Source: a virus (lineage: Duplodnaviria; Caudoviricetes). Taken from it: a stretch of 25,137 nt of DNA. Position 1 is the first letter of the stretch; the number at the start of each line of letters is the position of its first letter. The stretch is from positions 1 through 25,137 of IMG/VR virus record IMGVR_UViG_3300020708_000005, one strand, 5' to 3'. Below, in pieces: positions 17,039-25,137 of this stretch. The notes below the pieces were generated by a model. It worked only from the letters and a program-made list of their open reading frames with translations. It was not told the DNA's origin and did not search any database. The translations under genes and the position numbers were made by a program.

Positions 17039-20000
17039 ATGGATATTTTAATAAAACGTGGCGCTTCCACCATTCTAACCGTTCAACCTCAACAAGCATC
17101 CACTTATATGCGTGCCATTATGGGTGAGGAAACAGTCACAATAGTATGGGAGCAATCCACTTTTACTGCGCTCCAGGTCGGCGATTATATTACTTACAAC
17201 GGAATTAAACATACACTCAATCAACTTCCGGTCGTAAAAAAATTAAGTTCAAAGCATTTTCAATATAATGCCATATTCCAATCTCCTTTATATGAGCTTT
17301 TGAAAGCTAATTATATGCTTTTTGATAATACGGCAACGCCTCCACAGGGAGAGTTTTCACTTACCGGAAATCCGGATACATTCATTACGTTGTTGGTCGC
17401 GAACCTGAATCGGGTTTCCGGCTCAACTACATGGATTAAGGGTACAGTGATATCGGCCGATGTTCAAACACTTACTTTCTCGAATGAAAGCTGTTTCGCC
17501 GTTCTACAAAAATTGGCTACAACTTTTAAAACCGAATATAGTGTGAGTTCCGGTCACGTTAACCTCATTGAAACGTCGTACATATCCAATCTTACTCTCG
17601 AATACGGTTCGACACTCTATGATATAGAGCGTAATACGGTTGATAGTTCAAGTGTTATTACCCGACTGTATCCATTCGGATCAACCCGCAACATTGCGGC
17701 TAATTATCGCGGTGGATCTAAACGTCTTTTATTACCTGGAACTACGCAATTTCTGGAGTCAAACGTATCACTTTATGGAGTTATCGAGGGTCAAAAAACA
17801 TTCGATGATATTTATCCCAGACTTGGTGCGACATCTGCCGGAACAGTTACATCTGTTTACGATGACGGTTGTAAATTTACAGACTCAAATTTAGACTTTA
17901 ATATAAACAGTTATATTATGCCTGGAACTCCGGCAAAAGTCCACTTTCTGACTGGACAATGCGCCGGGTACGATCTTGAAATTGCTTCATTTACAGATAG
18001 CACTAAAACATTTATTGTCAATCAAAATAAGGACGATAAAGGTTTTGCCATTCCTAACGGAATTCTATTTCCAGCTGTAGGTGATAAATACCAACTACTC
18101 GATGTAATAATGCCTGATTCATACATTTCAGATGCAGAAAATGAGCTAATGGATACAGCGGTAGATTACCTGAGTAATAACTCACAGCCGAAAGTATCCT
18201 ATACAGTTACTTTTGCCTATGTATATGCTAAAATAAACGCTTCAGATATAAAGCCCGGCGATTGGGTAACCGTTCGAGATTCGGATATTGGCATCAATAC
18301 GCAACTTCGTGTCATTAAAGTTCAAAAAGGAGTTGTTGACCCGTGGAATATCAAAATAGATTTATCGGATACAGTTAGCCAAAGTACACTCAATCGGTTT
18401 GCAGCCGATATAGCCGCCAATACGGAGGGTATAACAGCCGTGGAAACAAGCGTAAGCCAACAGTTCTCACGCAACTGGCGCGATGTGCAGGAACTTAGCG
18501 GAATGATTAACACGCTGCGCGCAGATATGTTGTTTATCGGTAACGTACAGGGGCAGTTTTCTCTTTCCGGATGTCTATTTACGCCAAATTACCAAAACGA
18601 TAAAAATAGATTCTACGCTACAGCTGGGTCTTTAATTCATAAAACCATACCTTCCGAAACTACTCCGGGAACATGGATACTTCCGGCTTACGCACCAATA
18701 TTTACTGGAGATAGTACGCCTTACTATTTTTATGCGCAGTGTAGTCGGACATCCGAAACAGGCGTTTATTATTTATCACCTACGCCAATTGTTTACGACT
18801 CTATTTCCGGTTGGTATTATTTTCTAATAGGTATTTTAAGTTCGGTAAATAATGGCGTTCGCACACTGCAAACTACTTATGGGTTCACACAGATTACCGG
18901 AAAGCAACTTGTAACCGGAACAATGCAAAGTGCCGACGGCTCTACCTACTTTAACTTAGATACCGGAGAAATAGGTGGAAATATCAAATTCAAATCGGGA
19001 AGTACGTATAAAGAAGTGGGCGCTGCATTGTCTGATGTACAATCTAACTTACAAAGTCAAATTGATGGCGAAATCACGTCCTGGTTTTACGACTATGAGC
19101 CAAATTTAACCAATATTCCCGCTGTAAATTGGTCTCCTGATGCGGTACGCGATACACATCTCGGCGATTTATTTTATTGGATAAGTAAAGGGTATGCTTA
19201 TCGATACCAAAAAGTTGGAGGTATTTATTCCTGGTCACTAATTAAAGACACAGACGTTACGCTGGCATTAGCCAATGCGGCGACAGCAACTACTATTGCC
19301 AATGGAAAGCGAACTACCTTTGTAAATCAACCTACAACGCCTTATTTAGTTGGTGATTTATGGTTGAATAACGGCGATTTATTCAGCTGCAATACGGCTT
19401 GCTCGTCTGGATCTTTCAACTCGTCCGATTGGGGAAAAGGGGTAAAATACACCGACGACACGGCCGTGAATAATTTGCAGATAGGTGGCAGGAACTTAAT
19501 TAAAGACTCAAATAATTTTACACATTTCGTTCTGAATCTGATGTCTTTAGGTTCTACTGATAACGTTAATCCTTATGGAATAAATAATGCGACACTTGTT
19601 AACTTGCATTCGGGTTCTTATGATGCTTATTGGGTAAAAGATGGGTTGATAATAGGCAAAAAATATACGATAAGTCTTTGGGTAAAATTAGGAACAGCAA
19701 CAAACTTTGTTTTGACGTTTGGAGATGGTAATTCATGGAATACGTGGGGTGGGCAAAAGCAAATAACAGGTTCAGATTGGCAGAGAATAAGTTCATCTTT
19801 TACAACAACATCTTCATCTGTATATATCCATATAGGTGGTAATCCAGCACCTATTACTCAATCAAACGGTTCGGCATATATTTACGGATTGCAGTTAGAA
19901 GAAGGCACTAAATCTACCGACTACACTCCTGCCCCCGAAGATGTTCAGGCTCAAATTGATGCTTCTAACATGCTTTTGGCTGACATTTCATCCGATAATA

Positions 20001-21271
20001 AGCTCACTCCAAACGAAAAACAATCAGCATTAAAGGAGTGGCAATCCATTCAATATGAACGCTCTGATATATTAGATCAAGCGGATTACAATGGTATAGA
20101 TGATGGATATGAAGAATTAGCTAATTATACTAACAGTTATTCAGCACTGAGTATATATATTACTCCTCTATTAGATTCAATGACAACAACAAGTGATATT
20201 GATGGAGCGACCTTTAGAACTAAATTTAACAACTATTATTCTTGTAAATCAGTATTATTAAAAGAAATTTCAAACGTTATAAGTAGTGCTGCAGCAACAG
20301 CTGCATCGATAGCTGCATCGATAGAATATCTGAAAGATGCTCTTGCGGGGAGTACTGAAATATCCGGAGGGTTAGTAGGAACAAACGTACTTCTATTGAA
20401 AGCCTTATCAGGAGCTATAACAGGTGGTATGTCGGGACTATCGAATGATAACGTAGGATTTTGGACAGGAGGAACGTATCAAAATGCCATTGATTCAATT
20501 GCTAAAATTATACTAAGAAAAGATGGAAGCGGACAATTGGCAGGTGGTGGAATAACATGGAATAATGATGGTACAATCGTTGAAATTGTAGGTAAAATCA
20601 CAGCGGCTATGGGTAAGTTCGGATTTTTTGACATTAGTAATAACTTAATAGCTGCGTCAAATATCTCTTTATCAAATAATAGTCTGGAAGACTTGACATC
20701 AATCGGAGGAAGTATACTTAATATATCACTCGGTAGCAATAACTCTCAGGATGTTTCACATAGTAGCAATATAAAAAGTACTGCAAGTGCTTCAGTTATT
20801 AATATTATTCTTAATAAGCAATCAAAACTAAATTTTCATGTAGATGCTCAACTTGAAGAAGGTTCGAGCATTGGAGGAATAATTACGGTAAAAAATTCGC
20901 TAAATGCAATTGCTTATTCACGAATATTTAACTCAAGTATAAGTGAAAATGTTAGCATTAATCTATCTGCAGATACGTATCGAATTGACATATCAGCTAC
21001 AGTCGAAGCGGATAAAAACAGCCATATATCCGAAGTTTCTGTTGATATATTGGGAGAAAATTCAGGAAGTTACATTACAGCTACACCACAAACATCGCTT
21101 ACTAAAATAGCTAATAACGGATTTTATTCATACTGGGGAACTGATAAATATCTATATTTAAGACTTGATTATGGATTCGAGGTTCGATTTGGAAGTTATA
21201 TATTTCAAGTGACCTCGACAAATGGAATACGAAAATCTTCAAATGGAGGAAGTTCATGGACGAGTTTATAA
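17039..21271 (+). CDS. Large tail tip (Tal/hub-like) and receptor-binding protein with carbohydrate-binding-like module
   Basis: 1410 aa. N-terminal VITRLYPFGSTRN and FDDIYPR tail-tip patterns; NLQIGGRNLI..YTISLWVK..LEEGTKSTDYTPAPED CBM-like insert; Ser/Asn/Ile-rich C-terminus. Confidence 0.8.
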   Translation: MDILIKRGASTILTVQPQQASTYMRAIMGEETVTIVWEQSTFTALQVGDYITYNGIKHTLNQLPVVKKLSSKHFQYNAIFQSPLYELLKANYMLFDNTATPPQGEFSLTGNPDTFITLLVANLNRVSGSTTWIKGTVISADVQTLTFSNESCFAVLQKLATTFKTEYSVSSGHVNLIETSYISNLTLEYGSTLYDIERNTVDSSSVITRLYPFGSTRNIAANYRGGSKRLLLPGTTQFLESNVSLYGVIEGQKTFDDIYPRLGATSAGTVTSVYDDGCKFTDSNLDFNINSYIMPGTPAKVHFLTGQCAGYDLEIASFTDSTKTFIVNQNKDDKGFAIPNGILFPAVGDKYQLLDVIMPDSYISDAENELMDTAVDYLSNNSQPKVSYTVTFAYVYAKINASDIKPGDWVTVRDSDIGINTQLRVIKVQKGVVDPWNIKIDLSDTVSQSTLNRFAADIAANTEGITAVETSVSQQFSRNWRDVQELSGMINTLRADMLFIGNVQGQFSLSGCLFTPNYQNDKNRFYATAGSLIHKTIPSETTPGTWILPAYAPIFTGDSTPYYFYAQCSRTSETGVYYLSPTPIVYDSISGWYYFLIGILSSVNNGVRTLQTTYGFTQITGKQLVTGTMQSADGSTYFNLDTGEIGGNIKFKSGSTYKEVGAALSDVQSNLQSQIDGEITSWFYDYEPNLTNIPAVNWSPDAVRDTHLGDLFYWISKGYAYRYQKVGGIYSWSLIKDTDVTLALANAATATTIANGKRTTFVNQPTTPYLVGDLWLNNGDLFSCNTACSSGSFNSSDWGKGVKYTDDTAVNNLQIGGRNLIKDSNNFTHFVLNLMSLGSTDNVNPYGINNATLVNLHSGSYDAYWVKDGLIIGKKYTISLWVKLGTATNFVLTFGDGNSWNTWGGQKQITGSDWQRISSSFTTTSSSVYIHIGGNPAPITQSNGSAYIYGLQLEEGTKSTDYTPAPEDVQAQIDASNMLLADISSDNKLTPNEKQSALKEWQSIQYERSDILDQADYNGIDDGYEELANYTNSYSALSIYITPLLDSMTTTSDIDGATFRTKFNNYYSCKSVLLKEISNVISSAAATAASIAASIEYLKDALAGSTEISGGLVGTNVLLLKALSGAITGGMSGLSNDNVGFWTGGTYQNAIDSIAKIILRKDGSGQLAGGGITWNNDGTIVEIVGKITAAMGKFGFFDISNNLIAASNISLSNNSLEDLTSIGGSILNISLGSNNSQDVSHSSNIKSTASASVINIILNKQSKLNFHVDAQLEEGSSIGGIITVKNSLNAIAYSRIFNSSISENVSINLSADTYRIDISATVEADKNSHISEVSVDILGENSGSYITATPQTSLTKIANNGFYSYWGTDKYLYLRLDYGFEVRFGSYIFQVTSTNGIRKSSNGGSSWTSL

Positions 21272-21273
21272 CC

Positions 21274-21310
21274 AAAAAACCCCTGAACATATTTGCTCAG
21301 GGGCTTTTTA
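21274..21310. terminator. Bidirectional intrinsic terminator
   Basis: AAAAAA-CCCCTGAACA-tatt-TGCTCAGGGG-CTTTTT between convergent genes. Confidence 0.8.
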
Positions 21311-21332
21311 TATATTTATAGTTATAAAATTA

Positions 21333-21776
21333 TCAAATTAAAGCAAATGACATTAGTGTAGCTGATGCAAGTCCAATCAAAAGAAATACCATGCATCCTG
21401 TTTGTTTTATAGGTTCTTTTATTACCTCATCACTTGCTCCACTTAGTATTTTTCCTAAAACTATCAAATAATCATTCAATACGCTATTTAGCGTTGTATT
21501 TGAAGATACAGAACCGTGCAATGCTGTAACGAATATACATATTTTTGTTTTTTCTTCATCTACTTTATGTAATGTCAAATCAATAATTCCAGGATAAAGC
21601 GAATTAAGAGCTGGGAATTGATATGTATTGAAAACTTCATTTATGTCATTTTTTCTGAGCATATATCTTTTTGGAAGTTTTTCAAAAACCTGCATAATAG
21701 ACTCCTTAACCTTTTCAATAGGGAAATCAACAATGATTTCTTTTTCTGCTTTTTGTATTGATCCCGTGAAACTCAT
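21333..21776 (-). CDS. Moron-like hypothetical protein with C-terminal membrane anchor
   Basis: AT-rich 147-aa ORF from ATG 21776 (MSFTGS), hydrophobic tail MVFLLIGLASATLMSFALI, with its own promoter and terminator. Confidence 0.7.
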   Translation of the reverse strand: MSFTGSIQKAEKEIIVDFPIEKVKESIMQVFEKLPKRYMLRKNDINEVFNTYQFPALNSLYPGIIDLTLHKVDEEKTKICIFVTALHGSVSSNTTLNSVLNDYLIVLGKILSGASDEVIKEPIKQTGCMVFLLIGLASATLMSFALI

Positions 21777-21799
21777 AATATATATTTTTAAAGTGTTCA

Positions 21800-21830
21800 C
21801 AAATATAAAGGGTTTACCTGAATAAAACAA
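21800..21830 (-). promoter_or_regulatory. Sigma-A promoter (TTG at -33, TATATTTG at -7)
   Basis: TATATTTG at 21807-21800 with TTG at 21830-21828, 20-bp spacing. Confidence 0.65.
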
Positions 21831-21847
21831 GTAAACCGCTTAAAAAA

Positions 21848-22054
21848 TTATTTGATCATTTTCATTATAACGTCAAAATCGGGTTGTAATTCTATCAAAA
21901 AATCAGGCAATCTGTAGAACGTGTTATTATTTATATTCTCGTCGGTAGTCCAACGCATAGAGAATAATAAGGAGTTCTGAAGGTCAGACCAATACTCAAC
22001 CGGATTATACGTTTCTATCTCTATTACGAGCTTTTTTTCTTCAAATCGTACCAT
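21848..22054 (-). CDS. Hypothetical protein
   Basis: 68-aa ORF overlapping the upstream gene, third gene of the Bro-N operon. Confidence 0.65.
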   Translation of the reverse strand: MVRFEEKKLVIEIETYNPVEYWSDLQNSLLFSMRWTTDENINNNTFYRLPDFLIELQPDFDVIMKMIK

Positions 22055-22262
22055 GCTCAGCCTCCTTTCTTACGCAGCCACGGCAGCGAATTACTTTATA
22101 CATTACCGTATCGCCTTGTACGGCAATCACGGCATTTCGCCTGTTATCTTTGTGCATACATCCGCAGGTAGTGCGGGTACGAAAGGTTTCCATACCTTTA
22201 AACTCATAACCGAGTTTGGTAACGGTAAGCTCATAATTGGTATTTACATAGATCGTTTTCAT
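22041..22262 (-). CDS. Small Cys-containing hypothetical protein (CxC...CxxC, possible Zn binding)
   Basis: 73 aa, ATGA overlap with the Bro-N gene. Confidence 0.65.
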   Translation of the reverse strand: MKTIYVNTNYELTVTKLGYEFKGMETFRTRTTCGCMHKDNRRNAVIAVQGDTVMYKVIRCRGCVRKEAEHGTI

Positions 22263-22774
22263 ACCGTGTGCCCTCCCATTAATTTAGTGGTTAAACTCAT
22301 ACGCAGCTCACTGTTATCTATCCGGCATACATCGGCAAGTATACTCACCATGCGTTCTTTTGTTATCCGGTTATGATTTCGTTTAGCAGGTAAAGCCTTT
22401 GGCTCTGGGGTCTGTTCATACTTGCCTGTTCGGCGAATTGAGGGTAAAACGTCACTGGCAACCCAATTTGTAAATTTATCAGCTGTAGGTTTATTACTTC
22501 TAAATACAAATTTATACATACCAGCTTCATTAATCAATATAAACTCCTGTATTCCACCGGGGGTGGGGAGTTTCCCCGACCCCTTCCATTCAGGCGGTAT
22601 ATTTTCAAGAGTTTTGTCACCTTGCCATTTGATGTCAAGCACATCGCAAATGTCTTTAGCGACAAACCAATTTTGATTGTTGATTACTTCAACCCGGACG
22701 GGTTGGTTAGTTGGATTGAAGGTAAATACCTTCGGCAAGTTTAAAACTTGCGTTTCATTCTTTGTGACAGTCAT
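22259..22774 (-). CDS. Bro-N domain phage antirepressor
   Basis: WFVAKDICDVL, INEAGMYKFVFRSNKP..FTNWVASDVLPSIRRTGKY. Start set to ATG 22774. Confidence 0.92.
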   Translation of the reverse strand: MTVTKNETQVLNLPKVFTFNPTNQPVRVEVINNQNWFVAKDICDVLDIKWQGDKTLENIPPEWKGSGKLPTPGGIQEFILINEAGMYKFVFRSNKPTADKFTNWVASDVLPSIRRTGKYEQTPEPKALPAKRNHNRITKERMVSILADVCRIDNSELRMSLTTKLMGGHTV

Positions 22775-22793
22775 GTTCAAGAATTTAATTATT

Positions 22794-22918
22794 AGACATA
22801 AAAAATACCGTTGGAGGTGACTGTCACTTACAAGCGGGGCTTGTTAAGTCGCCAACCCTTACGGAATTGGACCCTCCAACGGCTTTTTATGCCTTTCCCC
22901 AAAATGTAAGTAACAGTC
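22794..22918 (-). ncRNA. C4-like structured antisense leader RNA upstream of the antirepressor
   Basis: Closing stem 22873-22882/22808-22817 (extended by 22885-22894/22794-22804) encloses a GUAA-tetraloop hairpin and a second hairpin. Segment 22819-22832 is complementary to 22905-22918 and to 22764-22772. Confidence 0.65.
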
Positions 22919-22923
22919 GGGGG

Positions 22924-22953
22924 CAAAATTAAATAAAGTTTTTGAATATGCAA
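22924..22953 (-). promoter_or_regulatory. Sigma-A promoter (TAATTTTG at -7, TTGC at -33) for the antirepressor leader
   Basis: TAATTTTG at 22931-22924 and TTGC at 22953-22950. Confidence 0.6.
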
Positions 22954-22973
22954 TAAAAGTGTAATTTTTTTTA

Positions 22974-22998
22974 TTCCCCCTTCAGGGGGTTAGGGGGC
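22974..22998. repeat. GC-rich REP-like repeat, same family as 5678-5704
   Basis: TTCCCCCTTCAGGGGGTTAGGGGGC abutting a stop codon. Confidence 0.7.
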
Positions 22999-23231
22999 TA
23001 ATCAAAAAGTTTAAGTTGATTCGGGTCTTCCGTTTGTTTTTCCGCTTCCATTTCGTCTAAGCATCGCCAGTACGTTCGTTCACTTATGCCGGTAGCCGGT
23101 TTTACCACGTGCCGATACACCCACATTAGGCATCTGTCCTGTCGTCCCGGTTCGTAATTAAGTCGAACCAGCTCTTTTACCTTTTCGGCTTTCATACGGG
23201 TACTCAGGTGTTTTTTTTGTTTTCGGCTCAT
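22998..23231 (-). CDS. Small basic HTH protein, candidate late-gene activator (Mor/C-like position)
   Basis: WVYRHVVKPATGISERTYWRCL HTH-like pattern; QLKLF tail; last gene of the early/middle run. Confidence 0.55.
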   Translation of the reverse strand: MSRKQKKHLSTRMKAEKVKELVRLNYEPGRQDRCLMWVYRHVVKPATGISERTYWRCLDEMEAEKQTEDPNQLKLFD

Positions 23232-23282
23232 TTAATTGATATTTAAACAGATTTACAAAGGCTATTAACTACAAACCATAAA

Positions 23283-23669
23283 TTAAAGGTATCCATCTCT
23301 TGCCACTTTATCCCCGTATGTCGGCACTTTATCCCTAACAATTCGGTATATCTCGTCCCACTCGGGTAATTCAATTAGCGATCGATCATCAATATATAGG
23401 CTTGCAAATATTTTACGTGTATCTTTTCCGCCATATTTCGCCACATTAGTAGGGCAACTTTGATTGAATCTGTGAAATTTTATACCATTCATTACCAACC
23501 ACTCTATCGCCCGGGCTTTCTTTATTCCGCTTCGGCAGCTCCATATAATGATTGTATAACCATCAGCGTAGAGTTGGTTAATCGCCTCACGCGCACCCGG
23601 TATCATTTTCCCAATTTCAGGAAATCGATCCTCTACTATCGTACCGTCAAAGTCTATTGCTATTATCAT
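23283..23669 (-). CDS. HAD-superfamily phosphatase (BT0820-like)
   Basis: MIIAIDFDGTIV motif I, IIIWSCR motif II, RKIFASLYIDDR motifs III/IV. Confidence 0.88.
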   Translation of the reverse strand: MIIAIDFDGTIVEDRFPEIGKMIPGAREAINQLYADGYTIIIWSCRSGIKKARAIEWLVMNGIKFHRFNQSCPTNVAKYGGKDTRKIFASLYIDDRSLIELPEWDEIYRIVRDKVPTYGDKVARDGYL

Positions 23670-23799
23670 AAATTTCAATTTTTTGTTGTTTTAATTTCTC
23701 AATTTGATGCGGAAGAATTCCGATTTTGTCAACTCTACTCAATAACCTTTCAATTTCCAAATCTATCTCTAAAATGCTGTAAGCCGTCGTCTTTGTCAT
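23647..23799 (-). CDS. Small hypothetical protein
   Basis: ORF from ATG 23799 (MTKTTAY) bridging neighbouring genes with overlaps. Confidence 0.4.
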   Translation of the reverse strand: MTKTTAYSILEIDLEIERLLSRVDKIGILPHQIEKLKQQKIEIYDNSNRL

Positions 23800-24211
23800 A
23801 TATTTGGTTTTCAATTCCCCCTTCTGGTGATTTTGGGAGCTGTGTGTATTTTTCATTGATCCATTCATTTAGTTTCTCTATCGTTTTATTACTTACCTCG
23901 CAGAGCTTCTTATCTTTTCCGAAATCTACTATCGTTTTACTTACCAGTCCACCCTTAGTGGAAAAGGTATGAAAGTAAATCCTGTATTCCATCATATTCA
24001 TGCCACTGGTACGCATATCACGAAAAATTTTACCAACAGATATAATTGCAAGTGTTTCATCCACCACATTATGCCATCCCAAAAACTTCCACTCTGCCGG
24101 AACTACTAGCGCATTAAAAAACTCATTGCATAACCGGTTAAGTTCCTCTGCTGTCTTGGCCTCCTCTCGTCCCCAGGTTCCTTTACTTCGGGGTTGATAG
24201 TGATCGGCCAT
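23750..24211 (-). CDS. Hypothetical phage protein
   Basis: 153-aa ORF in the operon. Confidence 0.65.
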   Translation of the reverse strand: MADHYQPRSKGTWGREEAKTAEELNRLCNEFFNALVVPAEWKFLGWHNVVDETLAIISVGKIFRDMRTSGMNMMEYRIYFHTFSTKGGLVSKTIVDFGKDKKLCEVSNKTIEKLNEWINEKYTQLPKSPEGGIENQIYDKDDGLQHFRDRFGN

Positions 24212-24755
24212 AACGGAAACTTGTAAAGTGAATACAGGCCATTGGTTCTTTCAGATTGTATTTTCCTTTTTTAAACCAATCGGCAAAGTCTTTGTTGCTT
24301 AACCCATCGTTTGCAGCTAGTTTATAAAATGGAAAATCCCTAAAAATACCGTCCTCACACTTTATGGCCATACCGTTGTATGGCTCCTCAAAATTCGACT
24401 CATAAATAGCCTCCTGAATGCCAACTCCTGAATCCTTGTCCAGTTTTACAAATTCTATTTGCTTATTTCCTTTAACGTATCGGCCAAGTGTGTGATATTT
24501 AATTACAATTACGGCATTGCCAGCTAATACTTCATTGACTCGTTTTTCCCAAAGCTGAAAATTTCCACGGAAAGTATGTATTTTCAAATCGGAAGGTTCA
24601 GTTATAAAAGTTGCATTAAGCTTCTTTTTTAATCCATTCAACAAAATTGAACTATTTATTTTTTCAACAAAATTGGTCGGTTGTCCTTTTCGTGGATGAT
24701 ATGCCGGATATGCTCGGCTAACGAATATCACGTATGTTTTAATTTTATTTTTCAT
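24183..24755 (-). CDS. Conserved-looking Bacteroidota phage hypothetical protein
   Basis: TYVIFVSRAYPAYHPRKGQPTNF, KIHTFRGN, LAANDGLSNKDFADWF and IHFTSFRY motifs. Start is ATG 24755 or 24773. Confidence 0.75.
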   Translation of the reverse strand: MKNKIKTYVIFVSRAYPAYHPRKGQPTNFVEKINSSILLNGLKKKLNATFITEPSDLKIHTFRGNFQLWEKRVNEVLAGNAVIVIKYHTLGRYVKGNKQIEFVKLDKDSGVGIQEAIYESNFEEPYNGMAIKCEDGIFRDFPFYKLAANDGLSNKDFADWFKKGKYNLKEPMACIHFTSFRYGRSLSTPK

Positions 24756-24762
24756 GTGTGTA

Positions 24763-24987
24763 TTATTTATCATTAATTGCTAAAAATATATGATCACAAA
24801 GTTCATATTTCATTATTTTACCTTCTTTTGCAGCCTTGTATCGCGTTCTCTTTTTACCACCCATTATTCTGCAATACTCTTCCACCGTAACCAACCCCAA
24901 TCTTTCTGCACACTCGTGCATTGTATCCAATGCCGTTTGTGCATCTAGTTTGTTAATTGCTTCTATTTGTTTGTCTGTAAGTGGCAT
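24763..24987 (-). CDS. Small hypothetical protein with possible excisionase-type HTH
   Basis: ATG 24987 (MPLTDK); LVTVEEYCRIMG..RTRYKAAKEGKI. Confidence 0.6.
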   Translation of the reverse strand: MPLTDKQIEAINKLDAQTALDTMHECAERLGLVTVEEYCRIMGGKKRTRYKAAKEGKIMKYELCDHIFLAINDK

Positions 24988-25137
24988 ATTATTAGAATTT
25001 TGCACAAACGTGCATTTTTATAGTTGCGCATATATGTGTGTTATCGCTCACTGTAAAAAAGGAAGCGAAGTTTCTACGTTGAACTTTACTTTTTCGCCCC
25101 AATCCATGAGTTTTCCACGTAAATCGCAAATACGACC

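Larger units (their letters stand above)
1..25137. mobile_element. Mu-like siphoviral prophage/phage region of a probable Bacteroidota host; both ends lie outside the window
   Basis: Continuous phage gene content including Mu-type gp36, DUF935 portal, MuF and gpG-like genes. Tail tube and tape measure are present with no sheath. No transposase or att ends are visible, so transposability is inferred from the families. Confidence 0.9.

Noticed and set aside
17039-21830. Diversity-generating retroelement or Mu G-type invertible tail segment
   Set aside because: No reverse transcriptase, invertase, TR/VR pair or long inverted repeats were seen in the window.
1393-24197. Numerous opposite-strand or off-frame ORFs in the track (e.g. 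5975-6355, 6165-6650, 12409-12819, 16032-16364, 23460-23972)
   Set aside because: They are shadows of well-supported genes with no recognisable motifs. None is a convincing antisense immunity protein for the toxin.
1-25137. Genome-wide TAG-to-Gln recoding suggested by the amber codon in the MTase
   Set aside because: Long Gln-rich genes (tape measure, tail tip, portal) have no in-frame TAG, and TAG ends the 22998-23231 gene right after a natural-looking QLKLFD tail.
25006-25137. Partial ORF or attC-like element at the right edge
   Set aside because: Two minus-strand frames are plausible and there is too little sequence to choose; no clear attC symmetry.

Overview
The whole window is the late and middle region of a Mu-like (transposable-phage-type), non-contractile-tailed prophage. 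The host is probably a Bacteroidota member, judged from TAnnTTTG promoters, A-rich SD-less starts and Bacteroidales-type phage families. Two late operons diverge from ~11.2 kb. The minus operon runs prohead protease/scaffold, capsid, a 5-gene lysis cassette, tail tube, chaperone pair, tape measure, Dit-like, Mu gpG-like, tail terminator-like and a Dam-like methyltransferase with a TAG at codon 6. The plus operon runs TerS, TerL, Mu gp36-like adaptor, a portal+MuF+nuclease-toxin triple fusion and a large Tal/receptor-binding protein. The right end holds a moron, a Bro-N antirepressor operon and small early/middle genes. The most interesting signal is that the MuF toxin has no immunity ORF but is met by a convergent, promoter-driven ~66-nt RNA (two UNCG hairpins flanking single-stranded CAGCCA), a candidate RNA antitoxin or tRNA-end decoy. 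Two more promoter-driven structured RNAs sit at the antirepressor (C4-like) and the methyltransferase. Gene order suggests a fixed ~15 kb inversion, and an apparently inactive amidase is retained beside a GH108 endolysin. All family calls come from motif recognition by eye; no searches or folding programs were run.
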